The notes beneath the pieces were generated by a model, which was not told the origin of the DNA, searched no databases, and saw only the letters and a list, made by a program, of their open reading frames with translations. A DNA stretch of 24,734 nucleotides, taken from a virus (lineage: Duplodnaviria > Caudoviricetes). Made by a program: the position numbers and the translations under genes. The stretch lies in IMG/VR virus record IMGVR_UViG_3300025751_000141, positions 1-24,734 of that record. One strand, written 5' to 3'. Shown one piece after another: positions 6,597 through 15,919 of the stretch; the first letter of the stretch is position 1; the number at the start of each line of letters is the position of its first letter.

Positions 6597-6868
6597 AGCT
6601 ATTCGGCAAGCAGAAGCAGATTCCCCAGACTTATCGCCCGGTTATGGAGGCGCAAGAAGTCATTGATCTGTTTAGCCGTATGACCCTACATCAACAAGCC
6701 GCGCTCATGCGGCTCATGAGTCGTAATCTGATCATTGAATTGCCGGGTGACTCGGCAATGGGGTACGAGCTCGATTGGAACGTAGATGGTGCTTTGATTG
6801 CCGCCTTCCCAGCGCAACCAGAAGAATCTACGCCATCAATCCAGCTATCCCCTGCTGACGACGCATAG
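6593..6868 (+). CDS. Hypothetical protein (91 aa) coupled to the RHH gene
   Basis: GGAGG SD and GTGA overlap with the RHH stop; overlaps the convergent late gene by 41 nt. Confidence 0.65.
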   Translation: MKLFGKQKQIPQTYRPVMEAQEVIDLFSRMTLHQQAALMRLMSRNLIIELPGDSAMGYELDWNVDGALIAAFPAQPEESTPSIQLSPADDA

Positions 6869-9377
6869 CTATCTCCCGGTCTTCTTCGGAGGGGAGAAGG
6901 CTGGGGGATAGCGGCGTTGTTGGTAGCGTCGAAGGTGCCGGAACATCCGGTAAAGGCGCAAAATAAGCACCCATACTTAGGTCGATAGAATCCGATACAG
7001 ACGGCTCTGCGGCCTGCTCTTCGAGCTCACGCATACGTCGTCGCAAATCAAGATTCTCATCTCCCATCGACTCAATCTGACCTTCGGGCCCAAACTCGGT
7101 GGGCTCTAAGGCTTCAGGCATATCAACACCACGAGCCGTAGACTGAACGCCCATGTAAATATATGGGTTGATTCTGTCGATCGCCTCACGAAGCTCTAAC
7201 GCTTTCTTTGGATCGATAATCGCTTGGATCAACGCATCCTCATAAGCTTCTCGCTGAAACCCAATGGCGGCTTGAGATAGATCATCAAAACCACGGATAA
7301 GAATGCGCTGTGGCACTTCTACGATCGCTCTGACTGCACTAATGACAGGACGCGAAAGACCAGAAGATTCTGCCTCAGCCCGACGCATCAAAGCCAGAAG
7401 CGGTTGAGTCGGAGACCCGCCTTGCGTAGCGATGTAACTAATGGCCTGTGTAACCTGCAAAGCGTCTTCAAAGGCCGCAAATTCTTCAGGGCTCAGAATC
7501 TCTTTGAACGCATCGATCTTGCGTGAGCGCCTCTTAACGCCTCCACGGCCTGAGAAAGCTCGGTTAGGGTTCCGTATACCTATCCTTCTCAAAAACTTGT
7601 TTGGCACTCCAAACGGGTCTGTGGTGCCCATAATGACGTCATCAAGCTGAGTCCGTAACCAGTCAGCCTTCAAGTTTTGCCAAACGCGAGGATCTTCGGT
7701 CTGGACCAAACGACGCAAACGACGCAACTCTTCTGCCGTAGCTTTGCCCGTAAACATTTTTTGAACCAACGGCGCGGCGGTCGCGCCACCTTTATCTACC
7801 GCTTCGGTCAAGTTCTTTAGCAAACCACGCTCAAGGATCTGAAGGTGACCTTTCTCGGGGTCGTAGATACGAGCGGCACGAGCATAGATGGGGTTGTTCG
7901 CTTTTATCGCGTCACTGATTTGACCTTTATAATTGGCAACAACACTAGCGATCTTGCCGCCTTCGGACGTAGCCTTTGTTTCATACAAAGCACGAAGATC
8001 CTCGGTCACAGCGTTATGCAGTGCACGGGTCTCGCTTTTAAATCCGGTAAGTGATGTGCCTGTGGGGTCAACAATAGTTTTGTAGATCTGAGCCAGAGCG
8101 GCGCGCATTTGGTCGCCCGTGTCAGGATCATCCATTTTTTGCTTAATAGACTTACCGATATCACTGATATCAATGAGTGGCGCAAAACCCATTTGCCCAG
8201 ACCTTGCAAAGTCATCAAGCGCAAACGCTTCTTCATAAACCTTGTTGGCTCTTTGCTGACGCTTGTCTGCCAGTTTTTTGATGACTGATTGAGTAGCTTC
8301 CGCCAAGTCCATTTCTGGAGTTACCGAGCCTGTTGTCGGCATTCCCTGCATCCGTGCGCCAGTCTGCCCAGTAAGCATTTTTCCGGCCTGAATCTCATCA
8401 AAGAATTCGTTGAGCGCGTCCTCCATTCGCAGTGCTCGATCGTTGTAGAAATCGAACAGCTTTTGCGATGACGGTTGCATCTGAAGATATCGCTGAATCT
8501 GACCAGCATTAGTTTTTATTCCCTGCGCTTCGGCACGAGTAAGCGTGATGCCAAACTTATCGTCGGCCATAGCAATGATCTTGTCGACATCCTCCCCACC
8601 TTCGGTGAGCAAGGTGCGCAACATATTCCTGCCGTCCTCGCCAGCAAAGTCGGTGCTAACCTTATTCAGGATTGGCCTCCCGCCACGGAAAAAACCAGCG
8701 CCCAACGGAACGGAGCCAAACGCGCTGTTGACCAGAAGGTCATTGCCTAGCTGTCCGACGTTCAAAGGTGGTCCGTCAAACGCGGCACTGATACCCGCTC
8801 TACCTGCGGCGCCTGCGCTACCACCCAAGGCAGTGCCGCCAGCACCTCCGGCCATCGCTCCCGGTAAGCCGCCTGAGAGCGCTCCAAAACTAAGACCTGC
8901 GGCCCCTAAAGCCATCTCTGGCACAAACTGCAAGGCCGGTCCTACAAGCCCATAGGTGTCCATTACAGTGCCAAACAAGCCGTCCTTAAATTCTTTGTTG
9001 ATCTCTCCCGTGTACGGGTCCATATACGCAAGATCATTGTCCTCGTCGAGGAAGTAGTAATCCGACAGATTGACTGAGTCCGCAAGCTCCGGGAATCGCT
9101 TTTCTGCGAGCCACTGCGCTTGATACGCCTGATCATTCGACATACCTGCAAGCAATGCTCGGAGCGCGCCAGACTTATTAGCGTCCGCCATTTCACGCAT
9201 CTCAGCTTCGCTTTCTAATGCGCGCAGATCTCGGGCGCCCATCTGCATGACTCGGCGTTGATGCTCGTCGCCCATGCCGTTGTTGTTTTCGGCTATGTCA
9301 CGACGCAGACGCTCTGCTCCTTCGTCACTAGAAACCGTGTATTCGACGCCGTCAATGTTTACTTGCTTTGCCATCAA
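6828..9377 (-). CDS. Putative internal virion/DNA ejection protein (849 aa)
   Basis: Large helical protein ending the late operon after the tail nozzle. Has a Gly/Ala-rich hydrophobic segment (MALGAAGLSFGALSGGLPGAMAGGAGGTALGG) and ends GIAGLMA. Confidence 0.65.
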   Translation of the reverse strand: MMAKQVNIDGVEYTVSSDEGAERLRRDIAENNNGMGDEHQRRVMQMGARDLRALESEAEMREMADANKSGALRALLAGMSNDQAYQAQWLAEKRFPELADSVNLSDYYFLDEDNDLAYMDPYTGEINKEFKDGLFGTVMDTYGLVGPALQFVPEMALGAAGLSFGALSGGLPGAMAGGAGGTALGGSAGAAGRAGISAAFDGPPLNVGQLGNDLLVNSAFGSVPLGAGFFRGGRPILNKVSTDFAGEDGRNMLRTLLTEGGEDVDKIIAMADDKFGITLTRAEAQGIKTNAGQIQRYLQMQPSSQKLFDFYNDRALRMEDALNEFFDEIQAGKMLTGQTGARMQGMPTTGSVTPEMDLAEATQSVIKKLADKRQQRANKVYEEAFALDDFARSGQMGFAPLIDISDIGKSIKQKMDDPDTGDQMRAALAQIYKTIVDPTGTSLTGFKSETRALHNAVTEDLRALYETKATSEGGKIASVVANYKGQISDAIKANNPIYARAARIYDPEKGHLQILERGLLKNLTEAVDKGGATAAPLVQKMFTGKATAEELRRLRRLVQTEDPRVWQNLKADWLRTQLDDVIMGTTDPFGVPNKFLRRIGIRNPNRAFSGRGGVKRRSRKIDAFKEILSPEEFAAFEDALQVTQAISYIATQGGSPTQPLLALMRRAEAESSGLSRPVISAVRAIVEVPQRILIRGFDDLSQAAIGFQREAYEDALIQAIIDPKKALELREAIDRINPYIYMGVQSTARGVDMPEALEPTEFGPEGQIESMGDENLDLRRRMRELEEQAAEPSVSDSIDLSMGAYFAPLPDVPAPSTLPTTPLSPSLLPSEEDREIAMRRQQGIAGLMA

Positions 9378-10840
9378 TAGCCTCGCTCGGTCATATCTTC
9401 AGAGCCCGTGTCCCCAAACTGTCGCCGGTAACTGGCGGCAACCTCGGGCTCGTTTGCCGCAAACTGACGAAGCTCTGCGAGTTCTGTGGGATCTAAGAAA
9501 GAATTGCTTTTTTGCCAGTTGGCATACCACTGGTTATAAGCGGACGCTCGCTGTACATCGTTTAAAGACGGATCGCCAAGCTGGTTTTGCAAATTTTCAT
9601 TGGAGTAAAAATCGTTCGCCAGCTTGACGTTCAAGTCTGCAATGCGCTTTAGGTACTCTGACTGTTTAAGCAAACCACCCTTCGATGAGGCTAAGCCGGG
9701 AGATGCCGCAATAAACAGGCGCATCTCCATCTCAGTAATCGCGCCCTTGGTATCGCCAATCAACTGCATAGCAATACGAGTGCCTAGCGTGTTCAAAAGC
9801 TCTTGGTCACCAAGTTTGCCGTCATACCGAATACCCATATCGTTTAATAGTTTTCGGAACGGCAAGGTTTTCGCTTCGACTACGCCAACATTTTCACCCA
9901 ATCGAGACAGCGCAACCTGCATCATATTGATTAATCGCTGTTGTTCTACACCCGCGTTTCTTGCCTCTTCGATTCCGACAATGGAGTCGTTAAGACTTTG
10001 GCCCCGACGCTCCATAAACTTAGATGGGTCTGGCTGGGTGATGTTGACTTCTGTTCCTGCGGAAGAAGCTCGTCGTGCATTAGGCAACAACCGCACAGCG
10101 GCGACCTCAAGCTTATTGTTCTCATCGACCGGCACCGTCACTTGACGTGTTTCGCCAGTCACAGGATCAACTTCGTCGTATACATAGTTTTGCATTTTAG
10201 GGTCTTTGTTGGATAACTTAATCCGTTCCAACGAAACCTTGTTGAGGTAATCCTCAGCGGCATTCTCGTCTTCGCGAGCCATCTCAAATGCCTTTAGTGC
10301 TACTGCTTGATCGACCTTACGCTTATCCTCACGCTGTTTGCGCAATCGCTTGTGAAAGGCAATGAAGCCAGCCGCAGAACTTGCAAACGGGCCTGTATCT
10401 GCCGGAGCGGAAATCATAGCCTCGCCAAGTTCGGCCGCAAGATCATAAAGCGTAGGGCGCTCACTTTGAGCCATCAACGGACCAAGGCGCCGCTTGTACT
10501 CGTCATATCGGTCGGTGAAGGTGCGGGTTTTTTTCTGCTCTTCACTCTCTTCTTGCGGCGCTGGCTTAGCCTCAGAATTAGCCGCCTGCTCAAGCAACTC
10601 GTCAAGATCTGGCAACGCAAACGGATCGTCTTCATCCTCTTCTGCAAGAGTGAACCCAGACATATCAAGCGTTGGAGGCGTTAGCGTTGGCGCAGTTGGT
10701 AGCGGTTGCATACCCATAGGAATCGGAGGGATTGCGAAAGGGTCAACGGTAGGCTCGCTAAATATATCAAAATCATCAACACCGCCGCCAAGGGCAAGGC
10801 CTCTAATCTGCTCTTCCATTTGTGCTCGTGAAATAGCCAT
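9374..10840 (-). CDS. Putative internal virion/ejection protein (488 aa)
   Basis: Position among the ejection genes; N-terminal MAISRAQM..QI leader, LALGGGV, Pro/acidic linker, then a helical domain with KGAITEMEM.LF..ASPGL. Confidence 0.6.
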   Translation of the reverse strand: MAISRAQMEEQIRGLALGGGVDDFDIFSEPTVDPFAIPPIPMGMQPLPTAPTLTPPTLDMSGFTLAEEDEDDPFALPDLDELLEQAANSEAKPAPQEESEEQKKTRTFTDRYDEYKRRLGPLMAQSERPTLYDLAAELGEAMISAPADTGPFASSAAGFIAFHKRLRKQREDKRKVDQAVALKAFEMAREDENAAEDYLNKVSLERIKLSNKDPKMQNYVYDEVDPVTGETRQVTVPVDENNKLEVAAVRLLPNARRASSAGTEVNITQPDPSKFMERRGQSLNDSIVGIEEARNAGVEQQRLINMMQVALSRLGENVGVVEAKTLPFRKLLNDMGIRYDGKLGDQELLNTLGTRIAMQLIGDTKGAITEMEMRLFIAASPGLASSKGGLLKQSEYLKRIADLNVKLANDFYSNENLQNQLGDPSLNDVQRASAYNQWYANWQKSNSFLDPTELAELRQFAANEPEVAASYRRQFGDTGSEDMTERGY

Positions 10841-13545
10841 TAGGGTCCTCCTCTCAGGCCGGGTGGCGGTGGCGTCTCAATCGGAGTTTGATAGAATTGA
10901 TTTAATTTCGGCGTAAATTGTGGTTGCGCAGGACCACTAGAGTATTGCTGTGTTGGCACGGCTTGCTGTGGCTGGTTGAAGTACGTCCCCAAAGCTCCGA
11001 GCGCACTCAATCCAGTACCTAATCCGGCTTGTAACGGGCTAGGTGGCGGCGTGTACTGCGTTTGTACTTGGCTTGGCCCAGTCTGACCGGCCGCAAACTG
11101 CATGAACGGTAGGAGCTGTTGATACTGAGCGAGCGGCGCCTGCTGAGCCTGTAGCAATCCAGCACGTTGTGCATCAAGCATTTGCTGACGCTGTTGCTGT
11201 TGCATTCCACCGATACCCATTAAGGCCTGCACGTCCTGCTGTCCAGCCTGAGCAAACTGTCCACCAAGCCCTTGCAACTGCTGACCGTAGCCCTGCATAG
11301 CTTGACCGACCTGCTGACCATACTGACCCTGTACACCGCCAAGCTGACCATATCCCTGAGCCAATTGACCGGCAGTACCAAGCGCCTGCTGACCTGCGCC
11401 CATACGAGCCTGCATACCTTGTTGACCAAGCTGGCCCATGGTTTGCCCAAGCTGTGTGCCTGCGCCATACATCTGCTGAGCTTGTTGTCCTAACAAGCCG
11501 CCAAATTGCTGTTGCGCACCAAGACGTTGTCCTGCGGCGCCCATCTGCTGACCGGCAAGCTGTTGCTGAGAACCAAGCTGTTGCCCTGCTAGTCCCTGCT
11601 GGAACTGACCGAGTTGCTGTCCTGCGCCCAATCTCTGCTGTGCCATCTGTTGTTGCTGAGATGCTAACTGCTGTTGGCTTTGTAGTTGCTGAGCGGCAGT
11701 TTGACCAAGCTGGCCCTGTAATGCCTGCCGAGCACCAAGCTGGCCTTGAGCCGCCGCCATCTGCTGAGACGTAAGCGCCTGACCGGCGCCGAAGCGCTGA
11801 CTTCCTACTGCGGCCAGTCGGTTGGCTAAGCTTTGCTCTGCCGCCAATCTTTGCCCTGCCTCTTGGCCCATTTGCCCAGTTAGTGCCTGCTGTGCGCCTA
11901 ATCGCTGTTGTGAAACATCACCTAGACGTCCAGCCATTCGCTCACCAGACGCGGCTAACTGCTGTGCTTGTGAGCCCAACTGCCCAGCCAATGCTTGGCC
12001 TGCACCAAATCTGGTTTGCGCGCCACTACCTAGCATTTGTGCCGCGCGCTCCTGAGCGCTTAGTCTTTGACCGCTTAATCCGGCGAGGCCAGATGCGGCC
12101 GCTCTTTCTGCGTCACGTTGCCGAGCAAACTCACCCATAGCGCTCTGCTGAGCTCTCTGGAAGCCGCCTGAGCGTATTCCGGCAAGTTCTTTTGCCAATC
12201 CACGCCCTAACGCTTCTCTCCTTTCTCCGGCAGTTAAACGAGCCCTAGAGCCGAAAGCTGACTCTCCTGCTGTTTGCACATCTCGTGCTTGCTGAGCAAT
12301 ATCTGCTTGAGCTCCAGTTTTCATCATGTCGTCAATGGTTTGCTGAACGACACGATCTTCGTAGGGATCGTAAAACTGCTGTGTCATTGAAGGGTCAAAG
12401 CCGCCAGTTGTTCCACGAAGCAATTGCTCTGACTCTCCGAGCCTTCCGCCGAACTCTTGGGTTGCGCCAAGCTGTCTTTGCTCTGCGGCACTCAAGCCCC
12501 GACCCAAGCCTCGGGCCGCACCAGCAAGTGTGCCAGTGGCACGACGCAAGCCTTGTCCAAGACCAGCTTGAGCCATTCTCTGTTCACCAATACTTTGCCC
12601 AAGACCTCGATCAAACTGACCAATTCCTTGGCGAAGTTGTTGCGTGGCTTGACCAATGTCTTCACCAAACCTACCAACAGCTCCTCGCTCCTGCCCAAGA
12701 GCCTGAGACAACTGCTGGTCCAACTGTTGCTGTGCGGTCTGTAGCCCACGAGTAGCCTGTCCAACCCCCTGACCGAATTGTTGCTCACCTTCACGGGCCA
12801 AAGCATCAACACCCGACAATTGGCGCCCAAATCTGTCTGTAGCCGCCGCACCTCTGCCAAAGGCGCCGCTCAAATCACGGCCAAATTGCCCCGTTAGACC
12901 GGCTTGTTGTCGGCCCAACTGCTCGGCTTGTCCGCCAAAACGATCTGCCGCGCCGCCTAATGTTGCGAGGCCCTGATCAAGGCCGCCCTCAAACTGTCCT
13001 AATGCTCTTTGCTGAAAACCGCGTTGCTCGCCCAAGCCTCTTCCAAGCTGGCCAAACGCACCCTGTGACAGTGCGCGTTGCTGACCAATACCCCGTAAAG
13101 CATCGGATAATCCTGCACGTCTTTGAAATCCCTCTTCTGCCGCACCGCGCTGTAACTGACCCAAAGCCTGTCGTTGGGAGCCTAACTGCTGTTCCGCTCC
13201 CCTCTGGATTGCACCCAAACCCCCACGATACTGCTCTTCTGCTCTGCGCAAGAAGGGCTGTAAGCCTCCAACTTGCTCGCGAGCCAGTTGCATCGCGCCA
13301 ACTTGGTCTGGAGAGAATCCAGCAATTTGCTGAGGTATAACGATGGGACGTCCCTGTTCATCAAAAAAGGTACGCTCTGCGGCGCGCATCGCTCCGGGAA
13401 TAAAGCCGCCTTGACCGCCCAAACCAAACAGCATTTGCTGAACAATAGGGTCCATCTGGCGTTCTTGCCGGGTCACTCCGGCGACGTAAGGGCCTGTCGA
13501 CCCTCCATCTTGAAATTTCTTGATTCTCTTAGGGGGCATTATCAT
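10840..13545 (-). CDS. Gln/Gly/Ala-rich DNA pilot/ejection-type protein with 18-residue repeats (901 aa)
   Basis: IAGFSPDQ, FYDPYEDRVV and AFGSRA motifs; two long 18-periodic arms; C-terminal hydrophobic GLGTGLSALGALG. Confidence 0.68.
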   Translation of the reverse strand: MIMPPKRIKKFQDGGSTGPYVAGVTRQERQMDPIVQQMLFGLGGQGGFIPGAMRAAERTFFDEQGRPIVIPQQIAGFSPDQVGAMQLAREQVGGLQPFLRRAEEQYRGGLGAIQRGAEQQLGSQRQALGQLQRGAAEEGFQRRAGLSDALRGIGQQRALSQGAFGQLGRGLGEQRGFQQRALGQFEGGLDQGLATLGGAADRFGGQAEQLGRQQAGLTGQFGRDLSGAFGRGAAATDRFGRQLSGVDALAREGEQQFGQGVGQATRGLQTAQQQLDQQLSQALGQERGAVGRFGEDIGQATQQLRQGIGQFDRGLGQSIGEQRMAQAGLGQGLRRATGTLAGAARGLGRGLSAAEQRQLGATQEFGGRLGESEQLLRGTTGGFDPSMTQQFYDPYEDRVVQQTIDDMMKTGAQADIAQQARDVQTAGESAFGSRARLTAGERREALGRGLAKELAGIRSGGFQRAQQSAMGEFARQRDAERAAASGLAGLSGQRLSAQERAAQMLGSGAQTRFGAGQALAGQLGSQAQQLAASGERMAGRLGDVSQQRLGAQQALTGQMGQEAGQRLAAEQSLANRLAAVGSQRFGAGQALTSQQMAAAQGQLGARQALQGQLGQTAAQQLQSQQQLASQQQQMAQQRLGAGQQLGQFQQGLAGQQLGSQQQLAGQQMGAAGQRLGAQQQFGGLLGQQAQQMYGAGTQLGQTMGQLGQQGMQARMGAGQQALGTAGQLAQGYGQLGGVQGQYGQQVGQAMQGYGQQLQGLGGQFAQAGQQDVQALMGIGGMQQQQRQQMLDAQRAGLLQAQQAPLAQYQQLLPFMQFAAGQTGPSQVQTQYTPPPSPLQAGLGTGLSALGALGTYFNQPQQAVPTQQYSSGPAQPQFTPKLNQFYQTPIETPPPPGLRGGP

Positions 13546-15611
13546 GCGACGGCCTCCGGCTCTTCCGCGAATTCCTTAAACAAGCCCATCATGTCATACA
13601 TTAACTTGGTTCCTCGGTCACGATCTTCACCGTTCTTTGGAGTCAATGTAATAATGCCGTTCTTGTTTTTCATATTAAACGCGCCAGCCCCTCTAACTGC
13701 GCGTCCGGTCATTACAAACTCTCCATCGGAGAGCATCGCAGGAATGTCGTCACTGACCTCGGTGCCTTCACCGTTGATGTCACCATTCATGCGTTTAAAG
13801 TCTTGCTCGTCTACATTACCGCCCTCAGCAAAAGCCATCACAGGACCGCCATACCGCATTCCTGTGGCCTTCTGCGCTTCAAGCCCAGCTTGTGCCGTAG
13901 TAGGTGCTCGTCCGCCACTCAGGGTTGGTAAAGTGCCCTGCGGCAACAATCCGAACTCAACTGGATTTGGGGCGGCTGTTCCGCTTCGGCGAGCAATTTC
14001 GTTTTCTAAATTAAACCGGCCAGCCGCATTCATTACGACAGAAGGTGTCAGAGGCACGCCCTTACGATCCTTAGCCTCGTCGTATGCAAGTTTGCCTATC
14101 AAACCAGCAAGGCCAGCCGCGCCAAGGGCGCCCATATTTAGGCCGCTACCGCCACCGCCACCAAGCAAGCCCGCAAGGCCTCTGCTTTGTTGTCCTTGTG
14201 TTGCTGGCGCTCCGTTCATACCCAACATATCTTTTATGGAGTCTTCGATGCCTCGAATTGCGTCGGGAGTGCGCATCCCAAAAAAGCTACCGCCTTGTTG
14301 TTGAGATCCTGCTTGCGACGCCTGAAACTCAGGGAGCCCCATAAGCTGTGCGGCTAATTCGTCCTCTGTTACGCCGGAGGCCAGCATAGCGTTAATACCG
14401 CCGCGTTGATCAGGGAATTGAGCTAAGTAGTTTTCAATGATTGTAATCGAGTCCTCTGATCCCATAGGCATAGCACCGCCGCCCATGCCACCCATGGCAT
14501 CAACCACCTTCATGAATCCGCCGCCAGAGCCTCCATAACCCATCTGCTCAACTTCGCTAAGAATGTCGCCCATCGATTTACCAGAGCTGACGCCAGCCTC
14601 AACGATTTCGTTGATCTCTGGATTATTAACGCTCAACTGACCAAGAACGGCGCCCGGATCTCGCATAGATGCGTAATCAGTAACACCCAAAGTGTCGCCA
14701 ATTCCGCCAGCAAAATCGCCTAATTTTCCAAAGCTACCAACGCCGTCAGCACCGCCGCCCGTCACCAAGCCGCTGACATTGCGCCCAAGACCGCTAATTC
14801 CTTTGCCGATGTTTCCTAACAATCCAACGCCGTCAGCACCTTTAGTTACAAACTCTTTCGCGCCGCTAAATAAGCTTCCGATACCGCCACCGTTACCGCC
14901 ACCGGGGATTGGAGCGCCTAAAGAAGCCAGTGCCAATGGGCTTGCCCTTCCTTTAGCTACATCGTAGACCGTACCGGCTTTATTGATAATTGCGGCAAAG
15001 GGTTGCCATGGTCCGGGGATGAACTGGGCCACAGACGCGATAGGACGGACAACCTTTTTTACAACCTTCTTAACGCCCTTGGCTATTTTTTTAAAAAAGC
15101 CAAACTCTTCTAACCCCGTGATGGGGTTGAGGGAAGCAATGCCTAAACCCGCCACATACTCTTCAGGAGCAAGGTCCAATTGATTAAATCTATTTTCAAC
15201 GACACGCTCAAACTCTGGGTCATCCATCATGCCAAGCGGCAAAATTACTTCGCCGGGCGTGAGGTGGGCCAGCATGGTGTCACCACCTCTGCCTGCTTCA
15301 GAAAGCTCCATCGCCATTGTGCCCATGGGCGCCTCTGAGCCGATTTGTGCGGCCTCCATAAGCTGTTGTGCTTTAGCGGCTTCAAAAGGGTCGTCTGCGG
15401 TTTCCTGAGCCATCATTAGCTCTTCCATGGCGGCGCGTAGCTCAGCATTTGGGTCAGTAACAGGCTGGCCCATGGCCATAGAAGCTTCAGCCATGGTTTC
15501 CGGGTCATCAATATCAAAGACCTCACCGCCTTGGGCCATCATCATAGGGTCGTTATAGGTGGGCTCTGGACCCATCAAGTTGGCTATTCTTTGCTCTAAA
15601 AACTGGTTCAT
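13542..15611 (-). CDS. Putative ejection protein with tape-measure-like GE-x-V domains and an amphipathic helix (689 aa)
   Basis: GDTMLAHLTPGEVILP...NPITGLEEF-GFFKKIAKGVKKVVKKV near the N-terminus; Gly-rich middle; FAEGGNV...GEGTEVSDDIPAMLSDGEFVMTGRAV near the C-terminus. Confidence 0.68.
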   Translation of the reverse strand: MNQFLEQRIANLMGPEPTYNDPMMMAQGGEVFDIDDPETMAEASMAMGQPVTDPNAELRAAMEELMMAQETADDPFEAAKAQQLMEAAQIGSEAPMGTMAMELSEAGRGGDTMLAHLTPGEVILPLGMMDDPEFERVVENRFNQLDLAPEEYVAGLGIASLNPITGLEEFGFFKKIAKGVKKVVKKVVRPIASVAQFIPGPWQPFAAIINKAGTVYDVAKGRASPLALASLGAPIPGGGNGGGIGSLFSGAKEFVTKGADGVGLLGNIGKGISGLGRNVSGLVTGGGADGVGSFGKLGDFAGGIGDTLGVTDYASMRDPGAVLGQLSVNNPEINEIVEAGVSSGKSMGDILSEVEQMGYGGSGGGFMKVVDAMGGMGGGAMPMGSEDSITIIENYLAQFPDQRGGINAMLASGVTEDELAAQLMGLPEFQASQAGSQQQGGSFFGMRTPDAIRGIEDSIKDMLGMNGAPATQGQQSRGLAGLLGGGGGSGLNMGALGAAGLAGLIGKLAYDEAKDRKGVPLTPSVVMNAAGRFNLENEIARRSGTAAPNPVEFGLLPQGTLPTLSGGRAPTTAQAGLEAQKATGMRYGGPVMAFAEGGNVDEQDFKRMNGDINGEGTEVSDDIPAMLSDGEFVMTGRAVRGAGAFNMKNKNGIITLTPKNGEDRDRGTKLMYDMMGLFKEFAEEPEAVA

Positions 15612-15919
15612 GATGTCGTTACCGTTACGGCTCCCACTGTTGCCAACACGCCTATGCCTGTCGGGTAGGTCTGATGATCGTATAAGTCTCTAAATTGTAC
15701 CCCATCAAAAGCCTGATGAATTGAATTAGTAGTATTGAATATGATAGCGCCCGTGGCAAATTGTAATTCAGAGATCTCCGTCGCGTTAAAATGCGGCGAA
15801 ATACTGAAATTAACCCCACCGAGGTTAAGCTCAAGGACCCGGATAAGCCGGTTAAACGTATCCGAAGATACCGTTTCGCCCTGCGAGAACGGTAGCCGGG
15901 TGGGTAATAACACGCTCAT
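15608..15919 (-). CDS. Small tail-associated hypothetical protein (103 aa)
   Basis: ATGA-coupled on both sides. GAIIFNTT....QAFDG resembles a fibre-type repeat unit; ends VGAVTVTTS. Confidence 0.65.
   Translation of the reverse strand: MSVLLPTRLPFSQGETVSSDTFNRLIRVLELNLGGVNFSISPHFNATEISELQFATGAIIFNTTNSIHQAFDGVQFRDLYDHQTYPTGIGVLATVGAVTVTTS

Noticed and set aside
7441-13340. Numerous 60-170-aa ORFs inside the ejection genes
   Set aside because: Antisense or off-frame shadows expected from low-complexity Gln/Gly/Ala coding; no independent translation signals.
10840-13545. Collagen-like or CRISPR-like interpretation of the repetitive region
   Set aside because: No Gly-X-Y triplet register and no identical DNA repeats with spacers; the periodicity is 18 aa at protein level only.
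13273-14304. 343-aa + strand ORF
   Set aside because: Lies antisense to two coupled late genes. Its Pro/Ser-rich composition is the mirror of Gly-rich codons, and it has no SD or domain.
15086-15098. TTTTTTAAAAAAA (minus strand) as a programmed frameshift site
   Set aside because: Explained by Phe-Phe-Lys-Lys codons of the amphipathic helix; no stimulatory structure or useful alternative frame noticed.
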